From the NCBI GenBank assembly GCA_038204425.1, contig JBBRCZ010000001.1, positions 96,001-160,000 of the forward strand: a stretch of 64,000 nt of DNA, in the 5' to 3' direction. Below, one piece after another: positions 1 to 9,917 of the stretch. The position numbers and the translations under genes are program-made. Positions within the stretch are counted from its first letter, which is position 1. Every line of letters starts with the position of its first letter. The notes under the pieces were generated by a model. That model ran no database searches. It worked only from the letters and a program-made list of their open reading frames with translations, and was not told where the DNA came from. The stretch comes from Spirochaetia bacterium. Its GTDB lineage: Bacteria > Spirochaetota > Spirochaetia > DSM-27196 > Salinispiraceae.

Positions 1-401
1 TGAGTCCACAAAAGCATTTCTTCATCACTGAAGTTGCGGTATTTGAGAATGAGAGCAATGTGTAGGTGCTGCTGATAGACGTCAACAGTCAATGGGATCT
101 CGGGAATATCACGGTCATAGATACGAAAACAGCTTACGCCAGTCCGTTTTGCCCATTTCCAAAGATGCATGTGCCTCTTTTTGATTCGATTACCAAACAT
201 TTGTGCTTGCTCAGCAACACGCTCTGGATTATAACGGGGCCCACTATCGCCTTGCTCGGAATCCGTGTCCAAACTTGAGTCGGTGTCTTTTCCCTGCGAA
301 AATTGCGCATTTTCATAAGAAGCTGATTTTTTTCTGAGTTTAATTTGCTCAAATCGTTCTTTCTTTTTTAAGGCTTGACTCTTGGGGGCATCACTTTCCA
401 T
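1..401 (-). CDS. Class I SAM-dependent rRNA methyltransferase, RlmK-like (N-terminal part; runs off the window edge)
   Basis: Manual translation from ATG 401 gives MESDAPKSQ...QMFGNRIKKRHMHLWKWAKRTGVSCFRIYDRDIPEIPLTVDVY, resembling the 'F.NRL.K....KWA...G..CYR.YD.D.P' start of the RlmK domain. It overlaps the rex stop and is absent from the ORF track. Confidence 0.75.
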   Translation of the reverse strand, partial: MESDAPKSQALKKKERFEQIKLRKKSASYENAQFSQGKDTDSSLDTDSEQGDSGPRYNPERVAEQAQMFGNRIKKRHMHLWKWAKRTGVSCFRIYDRDIPEIPLTVDVYQQHLHIALILKYRNFSDEEMLLWT

Positions 402-1056
402 TTTTACTTCTTTCAAAGGCACGATTCTTTGCAATTTTAACTGACAAAACAGCGTAGCCAGAGGAGAGGTCCTCTTTTTGCACGATTACCGCGCGAGGAA
501 CTTTTAGTTTGACGTTGGTGAAGTTCCAAATCGCCTTAATGCCAGCATCAATCAAAAAGTCGGTCATCTCCTGAGCTACGGCCGAAGGAACGGCTAAGAT
601 TGCCATTTCAATTTCCAGTTTGGTGATAAGCTCTTGAATCTGAGACAAAGGGTGCACTTTGTTGCCGTTAATGGTTGCGCCAATTTTTGATTTATCCTGA
701 TCAAATGCCGCCATAATTTTGAGACCGTGTCGCGAAAATTCACTGTAGCCCATCAGGGCACTTCCCAAGTTCCCTGTTCCCACCAAAATTGCGCGATTGA
801 TAGTATTCCAGTCAAGGAAGCGGTTGATAGCTTCTATAAGTTGATTGACGGGAAAACCAAGCCTTGGTTTTCCAACGATTCCAGTTAATGCCAAATCCTT
901 ACGAACTTGGATTGCTTCAAGTTCCAGCTCTTCGGCAATTACTGTTCCTGATATGTACTCTTTGCCTTCTTTTTGTGCAGCTTCGATAACCAACAAGTAT
1001 GAAGGAAGTCGTTTTATCGTGGGCAGGCTCGACAGTTTAAAGTGCGACATGGACAC
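391..1056 (-). CDS. rex: Redox-sensing transcriptional repressor Rex
   Basis: TIKRLPSY, IQVRKDL and G.G.P..G winged-HTH motifs, followed by a Rossmann VGTGNLG.AL motif and GIKAIWNF. Confidence 0.93.
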   Translation of the reverse strand: MSMSHFKLSSLPTIKRLPSYLLVIEAAQKEGKEYISGTVIAEELELEAIQVRKDLALTGIVGKPRLGFPVNQLIEAINRFLDWNTINRAILVGTGNLGSALMGYSEFSRHGLKIMAAFDQDKSKIGATINGNKVHPLSQIQELITKLEIEMAILAVPSAVAQEMTDFLIDAGIKAIWNFTNVKLKVPRAVIVQKEDLSSGYAVLSVKIAKNRAFERSKNGK

Positions 1057-1140
1057 TCCTCAGATGCTCTCGATCAAAGTCTAGATCCAGTAGTATACTG
1101 GAAGTGTAAGTGATTGAAAAGCAAGCAGGTAGACGAAGAT

Positions 1141-2439
1141 ATGTCACAGAATAGACGCGGCCAGAGCAATCCCCGATTAAATCTCCCTGGCAAACCCCAA
1201 GAACTTGAGCTCGTGATAGAAAAAATTGTGCCAGGTGGCCAGGGCCTAGCTCGGGGACCAGATGGAGTAGTTTTTGTTGCAGGCGCATTGCCGGGCGAAC
1301 ATGTACGGGTAAAGATTACAAAGAGTAAAAAGGGCTACCAAGAAGCTCAATTGCTTGAGGTAATACAAGCCAGTCCGAGGCGAGTTAAGGCAGTATGTCA
1401 ACACTACGGAACATGTGGTGGCTGTGACCTCATGCACGCCAGCTATGAACTTCAAATTGAAATAAAAAAGAGCATTTTTTTGGATGCGATGCATCGGCAA
1501 GGCCCTTGGAATAGGCAGGAAAAGAGCGCAGAGCATCTTCAGTTTTTGGCTGGTAAGCCGTTGCAGTATCGTTCGCGTTTTAGGTTTTCCATCGATCAAG
1601 ATGGCTTTCTTGGTCTTTTGGGCAGAAATAGTAATCACATAGTTCGTCTCAATGACTGTTCAATTGCTCATCCGCGTATTCGTGAAAGAATTCAGCAAAA
1701 CCAGCCCGTTGATTTAGTTTCTCTTAAAACACCGCTAGGCAATTTCGACCAAAACGGACAAGAAGATAGTCTAGATATTCGACAAGAAGGCGACTACCCA
1801 GTTTTTGCCGATGACAAACAACTTTTTTTAGCTGGTCAAGCTTGGCACACCATGGTGCATGGAAAAATATTTTCCTTCGATAGCAATAGTTTCTTTCAAA
1901 GTAATATTGCGATGCTTTCGTCGATGGCCGACTGGGTCAAGCTTAGACTGGCGCACTTTGTGCCAGATACTTCTAGAGTTTTACTCGATCTTTACGGAGG
2001 AGTGGGAACCTTTTGCGTATTGCTTTCCCAGCCTGGTAACGCATCGATAGTGGTTGATAGCAATCAACATAATATTGAACACGCAAGGCTCAATACTAAG
2101 GCTATTGGCGCCCAAGTATTTACAGGAACCGTGGATGAGTGGTTGACCTCAAGCGAGAGCGATGCCTTTACTAAACATGAAGGTGCACTACTTATGGTTC
2201 TTGACCCGCCTCGCAGCGGTTTAAGCAAGGCACTCCTTGAATCAATACAGTTGATCAAACCACGGGCAATTGTCTATGTTTCGTGTAATCCTACCAGTTT
2301 TGCACGGGACAGCTTGGCTTTGGAAAAGCAAGGTTATGTGCTAGCCGACCTTTGTCTTTTTGACTTCTATCCGCAAACTTGGCATATAGAATCCGCCGCG
2401 ATCTTCTTGATCAATGACGGATTGGCCTCGGATTCGTGA
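1141..2439 (+). CDS. TRAM-domain RNA (uracil-5)-methyltransferase, RlmD/RumA family
   Basis: N-terminal TRAM domain (GGQGLAR...ALPGE), Fe-S motif CQHYGTCGGC, and FFQSN, DLYGGVG, LDPPRSG, YVSCNP, PQTWHIE motifs. Start uncertain (1114 or 1141). Confidence 0.9.
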   Translation: MSQNRRGQSNPRLNLPGKPQELELVIEKIVPGGQGLARGPDGVVFVAGALPGEHVRVKITKSKKGYQEAQLLEVIQASPRRVKAVCQHYGTCGGCDLMHASYELQIEIKKSIFLDAMHRQGPWNRQEKSAEHLQFLAGKPLQYRSRFRFSIDQDGFLGLLGRNSNHIVRLNDCSIAHPRIRERIQQNQPVDLVSLKTPLGNFDQNGQEDSLDIRQEGDYPVFADDKQLFLAGQAWHTMVHGKIFSFDSNSFFQSNIAMLSSMADWVKLRLAHFVPDTSRVLLDLYGGVGTFCVLLSQPGNASIVVDSNQHNIEHARLNTKAIGAQVFTGTVDEWLTSSESDAFTKHEGALLMVLDPPRSGLSKALLESIQLIKPRAIVYVSCNPTSFARDSLALEKQGYVLADLCLFDFYPQTWHIESAAIFLINDGLASDS

Positions 2440-2451
2440 GGGCACAAAATA

Positions 2452-3867
2452 GTGAATATGGTGGTCAGACATAGTAAACAATTTCTTATAACATGCTATT
2501 TTTTGCTGCTAAGTTGTCTATGCAATCTGACTGCCTCGGACAACGATCCAACCGAGCACGTAAGGCGAATACAACTAAAGGGTCAATTAATAGCCTTGCC
2601 TCAAAGAATCGGCAAGTACCATATTCTTGTAGTCAGCGACGACAGGCGGATTAGCCTGATCGATGTTTTGGCTAGCATACAATGGACGGTTCAACTGCCT
2701 AAGCGCATAATTTCTCCCCCTCAAGTCTCTTTGGAGGGCACGATCTTGATTACTATGTTGGACCAGAACTTCGTATTGCTTAGCATGGCTGGTTCGATCA
2801 TTAGATCATGGTCTGGCCAAAGCAATCCAATAAAGCATATGTATTTGAGTCCAGAAGGTCGAATTTTAAAGGTCGACCACAACAACCGAGCTTTTTTTTG
2901 CCACCCCAACGGTGAAACCATTTTTGAACTTTCTTCCAAAGCCTTGGATTGGTCTCAGCCTGAATTTTATTATGGTGGCTTGATGATCGGTGACAAGAAA
3001 CAAAATCGGGCCGTTTTTTTTTGGTCAGGTCGACTGCTCGACAACGCCAATGCACTAGCTCTAGGCGATTATAAACAATTGGGTCAAAAACTAGGCCTTA
3101 GCAAGGGCAAAGAAACGGAAGCAGCAATTCTTAGTGGGCAACTGCATGTTACCATAGACAAAAGTGTTAGTTACTATGAAGCACGAGTTTTTTCGAGCAA
3201 CTTGGATGTCTTGGTTCGAGCAAAAACAAGCTTCGGATACCAGTTGCTTGATCAGAACGAACCTGCATTGTTTGCGTGGGGAGATGGACTTTGGCACTTT
3301 TATATTGTTGCCGAGAAAGGAAAAAACCCAGACGGAACTAGTCCCAATTTGGCCTCGTTAAGTACCGGTCTTGCAACCAAAACAACAGTGATTGACCAAA
3401 GTTTTGCAAGCCAAGACAGCCTTATAAGGCGTCTCTTGTCGGAGGCAGGGGCGCGGCAAGCGCAGGATCTACATACGCTGGTAAAACAATCGCTTGAGCA
3501 CAATCTGATGGCAGGTAGACTTTATTTTTATGAAGACTTCGTACTTCAACTTTTGGAACTTGCGGTGGAAAAGCCAAGTCAAAAGGCTAATATTTCTGTG
3601 CTAATAGAAACGCTTAGCCTCATTCCTTCCAGTCGGCACATCGCGCGTTACTACGATTTTTTTGAACAGGAACGAGACGCTTCTTTAGAATTGGCTTGGA
3701 TAGATTTATTTTCCAAAGTTAATAGTGCCGGCCAAGAAAGGTTGCTGGACATGATTGTAAAGAAAATTGAAACATGGCAAACTTCCAATTGGTCCAATAG
3801 GATCAAAGATATCTTGCAATCCAAAGCAAAATATCTGCTTAGTGAAAAGCCAACCGGTATACAATGA
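2452..3867 (+). CDS. Hypothetical exported protein, possible N-terminal beta-propeller and helical C-terminus
   Basis: 471-aa ORF with an N-terminal hydrophobic signal-like segment, in operon position after the methyltransferase. Confidence 0.6.
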   Translation: MNMVVRHSKQFLITCYFLLLSCLCNLTASDNDPTEHVRRIQLKGQLIALPQRIGKYHILVVSDDRRISLIDVLASIQWTVQLPKRIISPPQVSLEGTILITMLDQNFVLLSMAGSIIRSWSGQSNPIKHMYLSPEGRILKVDHNNRAFFCHPNGETIFELSSKALDWSQPEFYYGGLMIGDKKQNRAVFFWSGRLLDNANALALGDYKQLGQKLGLSKGKETEAAILSGQLHVTIDKSVSYYEARVFSSNLDVLVRAKTSFGYQLLDQNEPALFAWGDGLWHFYIVAEKGKNPDGTSPNLASLSTGLATKTTVIDQSFASQDSLIRRLLSEAGARQAQDLHTLVKQSLEHNLMAGRLYFYEDFVLQLLELAVEKPSQKANISVLIETLSLIPSSRHIARYYDFFEQERDASLELAWIDLFSKVNSAGQERLLDMIVKKIETWQTSNWSNRIKDILQSKAKYLLSEKPTGIQ

Positions 3868-3924
3868 GTTTATTTGTCAGATTCAAGTAGTGCATTGTCG
3901 CCAAAATAATAGTATTATAATGGT

Positions 3925-5487
3925 ATGAAACGCAGTATTCTACTTTTATTGATTGTCGGATTCGTGCAGCTTGGCTATGCTCAACAAGTAGATAGAGATG
4001 AGTTTGCAGAAATTCTCGGTCGAACCATTAATTTTGAAAATTACACGGGCTCGTATTCACAAACCGACAGTTTAACACAGATCAGGGGCATTGGTCAGGC
4101 ATTGGCTAGTGGTATTGTCGTTAGCCGAGACAGCCGAGCAAGTTTTGCCGCAAAATATCAGGTTTTCCATGTCGTAGGGAGTCCCGATGAACCCGGGAAA
4201 CCGGCAGATGTCTTGGTTTTTTTACCAGGTGCTGGCACAGACCATATCGACAACGTTCGTCGGATAATCGCTTCGTATCTATCAGCAGCTTACAAGTACT
4301 CGGACGGCGATGCCAACTTGTTGGCACTGTTTATAACCATATACAACGCCGTCCACCGTGGAAATTTTAAATTATTTGAGAGTCGCTACAAAAAAAGTGT
4401 TCTTGCTTTCTTAAGTGCCGATAAGGTGGGGCTGTCTCTATCGTACCGTGATTGGCCAGGTAAGTCCCAAATTGTAATTCCGCTAAGTATTGCTATCGGG
4501 ACCATCAAAGACAACAACCAACTTACAGCGGTTACTACGAGTGAACTATTGACTAAGGAACTCTTGGAAACCGTGCGAGATCGACCTGATGATGGTACTG
4601 CCGAAAGGCAACGTTTAGTTGAACTAATGGAAAGAACTCGCGAGCAGGAACAAAGAGCATTGGAAGCAGAACGCGCCAAACTAGAGCAAGAACGTCGTGA
4701 TGCACAAAAGAGAGAGACCGAACGAGCACGAGAAGCCATTGTAAGGACTGACGAGTCAAGCAAAACTGTAGTACAGGCCGAAGATCAAGCCAGCGAAACG
4801 GTTGTAAAGACCCAGACAAGAACTGAGACGCTCGCTAAAGTTGAGCAATCGCAAAACGACCAACAACAAAGCGTTGCGCAAAAAAAACGTGAAGAAGAGT
4901 TACAGGCGCGGCAGGAACAAAATGACCAGCTTGAAGTCGCGACTAACCAACTTAGGACAGAGACTGCCAAAGATTTACAGAATGCAGGTTCTGCGGTAAG
5001 CGAAGCGACGCCTGTTCTTTTTGTGCAAACTGCTTTGGTACAAGGACTAGTTATCGGAAAAGTGCAAAGGGTCAACATCGATAGTGGCCAAATACTCGCC
5101 AAAAACGATTCATTGCAAATCATCGGTCGTAGACTAATGCCAATTGGTGGCGATCATCTCGCGCTCGTACTGCAGGGCCCGGGAGATGCGCGTCTTGTTT
5201 TAATTGCAAATAAAGATCTTAGCCTACAAAAAACAGGATCAGCTATAGTTTCTCCCTACTCAGAAATTGTACTGAGCCCAGACAATCAAGAAATTTTGGC
5301 AGTCATTTCTGAAAATGGCGAATGGTACCTAGGTCGATTTGATGCAAAGCTCAATCCAATCATGCGTTCGGTTATTCCAGTTGACCCGCTTGGTGCTATT
5401 AGCCTATCTTCAGGGGTAATTGTAGTGCAACGAAAAGATGGTAGACCAACCTTGCTGCAAGCAAAAGATTTGACGAGTGCTCGATAG
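3925..5487 (+). CDS. P83/100 family protein (spirochaete)
   Basis: Signal peptide, VDRDE...INFENYTG...IRGIG and DHIDNVRRII..YL motifs, and a central charged coiled coil, as in Borrelia P83/100. Confidence 0.8.
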   Translation: MKRSILLLLIVGFVQLGYAQQVDRDEFAEILGRTINFENYTGSYSQTDSLTQIRGIGQALASGIVVSRDSRASFAAKYQVFHVVGSPDEPGKPADVLVFLPGAGTDHIDNVRRIIASYLSAAYKYSDGDANLLALFITIYNAVHRGNFKLFESRYKKSVLAFLSADKVGLSLSYRDWPGKSQIVIPLSIAIGTIKDNNQLTAVTTSELLTKELLETVRDRPDDGTAERQRLVELMERTREQEQRALEAERAKLEQERRDAQKRETERAREAIVRTDESSKTVVQAEDQASETVVKTQTRTETLAKVEQSQNDQQQSVAQKKREEELQARQEQNDQLEVATNQLRTETAKDLQNAGSAVSEATPVLFVQTALVQGLVIGKVQRVNIDSGQILAKNDSLQIIGRRLMPIGGDHLALVLQGPGDARLVLIANKDLSLQKTGSAIVSPYSEIVLSPDNQEILAVISENGEWYLGRFDAKLNPIMRSVIPVDPLGAISLSSGVIVVQRKDGRPTLLQAKDLTSAR

Positions 5488-5521
5488 CGTCTACTATCCG
5501 ATTTTTTGACAGGGGAATACC

Positions 5522-7096
5522 ATGAGCCACTCACCTTTTTTGGGTCGTACCATACAAGTTGTAAAGGACCTAAGTCTAGATGAGCAAGCCTATCTTTACA
5601 AAAAGACCCGTGACCTTAAACAGGCCATTCTAGCTGGTAAAGACTGGCAGCAGTTTTGCATCAACAAAAAAGATCGGGGCGTCTATCTTCTTTTTTTAGA
5701 GGATTCTACGCGTACCAAAGAATCATTTAGAAATGCAGCAATTTTTCACAGTCTCAAAGTAAATGATTTTGACGCCCGCACCTCAAGTTTTCAAAAAAAA
5801 GAGAACATAACCGACACGGTAAAAATGCTTATGGGCTATAGCTCAAGCAGTATGTTTGTAATCAGGAGCAAGCAAGAGGGAGTTTGTCGGTGGCTGGATT
5901 CAAGCATGAGTCGCTACGCGCAAAAGGCCGGTCTTGAAAAGCCAAGTTTTATCAACGCTGGTGACGGCCAACATGAGCATCCGACCCAAGAATTTTTGGA
6001 CGAGTTTAGTTTTTTAGAATACTATAATTGGGATGCGAGTCATATTCACATTGCTTTGGTCGGAGACCTTTTTCACGGAAGGACTGTCCATTCTAAAGTT
6101 GAAGGTCTAAAGATATTCAAGAATGTAGAAGTTGATCTGATAGCGCCAGCCGAAATCGCAATGCCTGTCCACTATGTGACTTTGATGAAGAAATCGGGCT
6201 ATAAAGTCAGAATTTTTGACTCGATAGAGGAATATATTGCACAAAAACACAGAGCCGACGTTTGGTATTTTACTCGACTTCAACTTGAACGGATGGGCGA
6301 ACGACTTGTTAAGCAGGCAGAACAACTGCGTCAGGCTGTTAGCTTTAGTTACGACTATTTGAATAAGATCGATGCCAAGACTCGTTTTTTTCACCCACTT
6401 CCACGACACTCGGAAACGCCTACTATCCCAATGTTCTTGGATGATACGCCATTTAATGCTTGGGATGAGCAAAGTCGCAATGGATACTTCACGCGGATAG
6501 TAGCAATCGGCATGTTGGGCGGCAGTATTGGCGGTGATTTTGAAGGTGAATCTCCTCGGCAGATCTTGCATGAAGAGCCACACATCGAAACTGTTCCGGT
6601 TAGAACAAAGTCCAAACCCGAGTACAAAATTGGTATACGTCCCGTGGAAGCTGGAATAGTGATTGACCACATTGGCGTTGGTTCTCAGCCGCGTCAAATC
6701 TGGGATCATATCGCCAAGATAAGACATATTTTGGACTTACATATGGTGAGTTCCCAGGGAGTTTTTAAGTCGGAACATCATGATCATTATAAAGGAATAG
6801 TATCGATACCTGGCCTGCACGAACTAAATGAAGACAAAATCCGCATGCTAGCAGCAATTGCACCGGGATCAACATTAAACACCATAGTAGCACATCATGT
6901 TGTAAAAAAATTCCGACTAAGTATCCCCGATAGAGTGAGTAAGCTCCCTGGTCTACGCTGTAAGAACGAAGCATGCATTTCCAACCCAGAATTTTTTGAA
7001 CCAGTTGTAGCTGAGTTTATTAAGACTGACCAAGATACCTATCGGTGTATTTACTGCAATACACCTCACGCCTACCGCGACATTTGGATCAACTAG
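5522..7096 (+). CDS. pyrBI: Aspartate carbamoyltransferase, fused catalytic and regulatory chains
   Basis: STRTKESF, HEHPTQ and HPLP catalytic motifs, then a PyrI-like GIVIDHI and zinc cysteines CKNEAC...CIYC. Confidence 0.93.
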   Translation: MSHSPFLGRTIQVVKDLSLDEQAYLYKKTRDLKQAILAGKDWQQFCINKKDRGVYLLFLEDSTRTKESFRNAAIFHSLKVNDFDARTSSFQKKENITDTVKMLMGYSSSSMFVIRSKQEGVCRWLDSSMSRYAQKAGLEKPSFINAGDGQHEHPTQEFLDEFSFLEYYNWDASHIHIALVGDLFHGRTVHSKVEGLKIFKNVEVDLIAPAEIAMPVHYVTLMKKSGYKVRIFDSIEEYIAQKHRADVWYFTRLQLERMGERLVKQAEQLRQAVSFSYDYLNKIDAKTRFFHPLPRHSETPTIPMFLDDTPFNAWDEQSRNGYFTRIVAIGMLGGSIGGDFEGESPRQILHEEPHIETVPVRTKSKPEYKIGIRPVEAGIVIDHIGVGSQPRQIWDHIAKIRHILDLHMVSSQGVFKSEHHDHYKGIVSIPGLHELNEDKIRMLAAIAPGSTLNTIVAHHVVKKFRLSIPDRVSKLPGLRCKNEACISNPEFFEPVVAEFIKTDQDTYRCIYCNTPHAYRDIWIN

Positions 7097-7125
7097 GCGA
7101 AAGGTCCAAGACCTAGCTCTGAGGT

Positions 7126-9705
7126 CTAGTTGTCCAGAACCGTGTTTGTCCTGCGACCGCTTGGATCGAGACTGGTGCTTGTGCTTGTGCCATTTCCTAT
7201 AGAAGGATCGATAGGTTTGTTGCCATTTTCTTGCCAGGTTCGGCCAGCTTCCAATAAGGCTTCGTCGACGTCCAAACTGGTGTCAAACAATGAATCTGTA
7301 TTGAAAATGCTCAAGCTGTTGATGCTGGTTTCAAATGATCTAATTAAGGTTTGAGCCATATCTGCAGTTTGAGGAATCGCGTCATCAAATTCTTTTGGTT
7401 CAGTTCCAGTGCGAAAGATCTCCGTCCTAACCAACCCTTTGTAGTCAGGTAAAGGCAGCAAACCGTTGTTTAAGGTAACTTTTGCATAGCTGATGCCACT
7501 GTTGGGTCTAGCAAATTGACGTGGTTCCAAGTTTTTGTGGGCTTCCTTCATATACCGTGCCCATATAGGACCCGCTGTGCGAGAGCCCGTTTGGTTGGTC
7601 CCCAGCGAATTGTTTCCACCAGAATCGATACCGAGCCAGACGGCTGTCGTCATATAAGGCGAATAACCCACGGTCCATGCCGCAGACCAGTTTTGGGGCG
7701 TTCCGGTTTTACCCGCCATGGGCATGGTAAAACCGCCAACAAGATTTTTGGCGTACAAGAGTGTGCCGTCAGACAATGTCGATTGCAGCATATCGGTCAT
7801 AATATAAGCGGTTGCCGGACTAATGAGTTGTACCGCAGAACCTTTCCTTAGTTGGTAGTCTTGAACTTGTTTTTCTGGTTCCGAAATTACCACGCCATGA
7901 CGATTTTCAATATAGCGAATTGCAACCGGAACAACTTCGCGACCTAGGTTAGGAAAGGTAGCAAAAGCCTGTGCCATTTCTATCGGTGAGACTGAAACAA
8001 CCCCTAAAGCAAGGGGGAATTTTCGTTCGAAGCTGCGTCGCGCCCATTGATCTTGAGGAATTCCCAACAATCTACTTGAGACTTGAATAGCGTTGTCAAA
8101 CCCGACGCGAGAAAGAATTCTAAGAGATGGAACGTTCATGGATTGAGCTAAGGCGTTTCTGACCATAACTGGCCCTTTCCATTCTCCACGATAGTTGAGT
8201 GGTCGGTATTGGACTCCATCATCGTCGATAAATATCACTTGCGTGTCGTAAATCATAGTAGACGGGGTTATAACTTCACTTTCAATTCCAGCTGCATAGT
8301 AGAGCGGCTTAAAGGCGGATCCTGGCTGAACTCGGGCTTGTGTCGCGCGATTGAATTGGTTGCGTGATTCAAATTGGCTTCCGCCAACCATGGCAAGAAT
8401 ATGCCCAGTGCCGTTTTCTATCGAAATTAGTGCGCCTTCTACGGTGCTGCTTTTGATGGTGTTTGCTTTGTCCGCGTAGCCTCCATCTACCACGCGTCTT
8501 ACTGATTTGGTAGAAGTATAGGCAAATTGAACGCTCAACAAATCTAATAGTGGGTTGATTTCATCTCTATAGTTCGCTTTTGCGTTACTTCGTTGCTGTT
8601 TGCCAGCAACTCGAAAAGTATCGATATTGAGGCTTAAAGAAAGAAGATCAATCAAGGGTACAAAGTTCTCTTCTCCGTAACTGGTACGAGAACGAATATT
8701 TTTTTGGTACAAAGCATTGGTTTCGGCTATGGCGGGCACAAGCTGATCCTCAGCCGCTCTTTGATTGTCCAAGTCTAATGTGGTGTAAACTTTGTAGCCA
8801 TCACGATAAATATTGGCCTCTCCCAAGAGAAGTTCAGACTCCAATAGACCGCGGATATACTCGCTAAAATAAGGCGCTTCATCTTTGCGGTTAAAAAACG
8901 CTGTCTCAGTTGCAGAACGGGTGTAGTCAAACTCATTCCAGTACTCGTCAAAACTTTGTTCGGCATCTTCCTTGCTTGCGTAGCCAAGACTTACCATTTG
9001 GTTGAGAATGTTCTTCTGTTGTACTCGTGCTGTCTGAGGATTTTTTAATGGGCTGTACTTTCCATTGGGACTGGATACTTGGAGAACTAACAGTGCTGAC
9101 TCTGCAACAGAAATTTCACGCGCAGATCGTCCAAAAAAGAATTGGCTGGCGGCCTCGACACCATTGGTGTTGTGCCCAAATGACATTTTGTTGAGGTATT
9201 CTTCTAAGATCTCGTTCTTGCTCCAGTGGTTCTCGATCTGAATTGAGTACCAAAACTCTTTGAGCTTTCTAATGATGCTAATATCTGACTTGTCCAGATA
9301 GATAGATGTTGCCAGCTGTTGCGTAAGTGTGGAACCGCCCGAAACATAACTTCCTGACAAAAGGTTCCAACCTGCTCTAAAGTATCCCCTAAAGCTAAAA
9401 CCTTGATGCTCATAAAACTCTTGATCTTCGCGGGTAATCAAGGCATGGACTAAGTGCGGTGGCAGCTCTTCGATTTTAATCAGTTCGCGTTTTTCGTCTT
9501 GGAAAAATTCGGTTATTAATCGACCTTTTATGTCAAAAACTTGTGTGGGCAGGTTGGCTGTCTGTAGGTTAAACTCGCCAACTTTGCCCATGTTTTGCAT
9601 GCTTGCAATCGAGATGCCAACTACCAGTCCCGTAACAAGTGCTGTTACCATAACTAAGATGCCTAAAGTTCGAACTATTACATGTGATCTTTTGGAAATC
9701 GCCAT
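7126..9705 (-). CDS. Penicillin-binding protein 1A family (transglycosylase-transpeptidase)
   Basis: EDQEFYEHQG and GGSTLTQQL transglycosylase motifs; SAFK, SMN and KTG transpeptidase motifs; N-terminal TM helix. Confidence 0.93.
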   Translation of the reverse strand: MAISKRSHVIVRTLGILVMVTALVTGLVVGISIASMQNMGKVGEFNLQTANLPTQVFDIKGRLITEFFQDEKRELIKIEELPPHLVHALITREDQEFYEHQGFSFRGYFRAGWNLLSGSYVSGGSTLTQQLATSIYLDKSDISIIRKLKEFWYSIQIENHWSKNEILEEYLNKMSFGHNTNGVEAASQFFFGRSAREISVAESALLVLQVSSPNGKYSPLKNPQTARVQQKNILNQMVSLGYASKEDAEQSFDEYWNEFDYTRSATETAFFNRKDEAPYFSEYIRGLLESELLLGEANIYRDGYKVYTTLDLDNQRAAEDQLVPAIAETNALYQKNIRSRTSYGEENFVPLIDLLSLSLNIDTFRVAGKQQRSNAKANYRDEINPLLDLLSVQFAYTSTKSVRRVVDGGYADKANTIKSSTVEGALISIENGTGHILAMVGGSQFESRNQFNRATQARVQPGSAFKPLYYAAGIESEVITPSTMIYDTQVIFIDDDGVQYRPLNYRGEWKGPVMVRNALAQSMNVPSLRILSRVGFDNAIQVSSRLLGIPQDQWARRSFERKFPLALGVVSVSPIEMAQAFATFPNLGREVVPVAIRYIENRHGVVISEPEKQVQDYQLRKGSAVQLISPATAYIMTDMLQSTLSDGTLLYAKNLVGGFTMPMAGKTGTPQNWSAAWTVGYSPYMTTAVWLGIDSGGNNSLGTNQTGSRTAGPIWARYMKEAHKNLEPRQFARPNSGISYAKVTLNNGLLPLPDYKGLVRTEIFRTGTEPKEFDDAIPQTADMAQTLIRSFETSINSLSIFNTDSLFDTSLDVDEALLEAGRTWQENGNKPIDPSIGNGTSTSTSLDPSGRRTNTVLDN

Positions 9706-9767
9706 AGACAAAACAGTATGCAAAAGCAGTCGACTTTGTCAATCTTTGGAAACTTGTGCAAGCAGCC

Positions 9768-9798
9768 AAAAAAAAAGGCCGGTTCTGCAGAACCGGCC
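9768..9798 (-). terminator. Rho-independent terminator
   Basis: Perfect 22-nt palindrome GGCCGGTTCTGCAGAACCGGCC followed by 9 T on the minus strand. Confidence 0.85.
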
Positions 9799-9857
9799 AA
9801 CCCGCTAGGGGATCGGTCAAATATAGCAAACTGGGAGGGGAACTATATGCAACCGAC
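9768..9857 (-). ncRNA. Candidate small regulatory RNA (~90 nt) with a C-rich anti-SD loop
   Basis: Hairpin GUCGGUU-gc-AUAUAG / CUAUAU-uu-GACCGAU enclosing the loop UUCCCCUCCCAGUUUG, followed by the terminator; a sigma28-like promoter lies immediately upstream. Confidence 0.55.
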
Positions 9858-9864
9858 TTATTCA

Positions 9865-9891
9865 TTATCGTTGCTTGCCGGCAAAAATTTA
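9865..9891 (-). promoter_or_regulatory. Sigma28 (FliA)-like promoter
   Basis: Minus strand TAAA-N15-AACGATAA versus the consensus TAAA-N15-GCCGATAA; predicted +1 near 9857. Confidence 0.5.
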
Positions 9892-9917
9892 GGGTCACAT
9901 TTGATTTTTGGAACGAT

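Noticed and set aside
66..352. ORF-track ORFs 66..278 (+) and 134..352 (-)
   Set aside because: A different minus-strand frame starting at 401 encodes a recognisable RlmK-like protein, so these are shadow ORFs.
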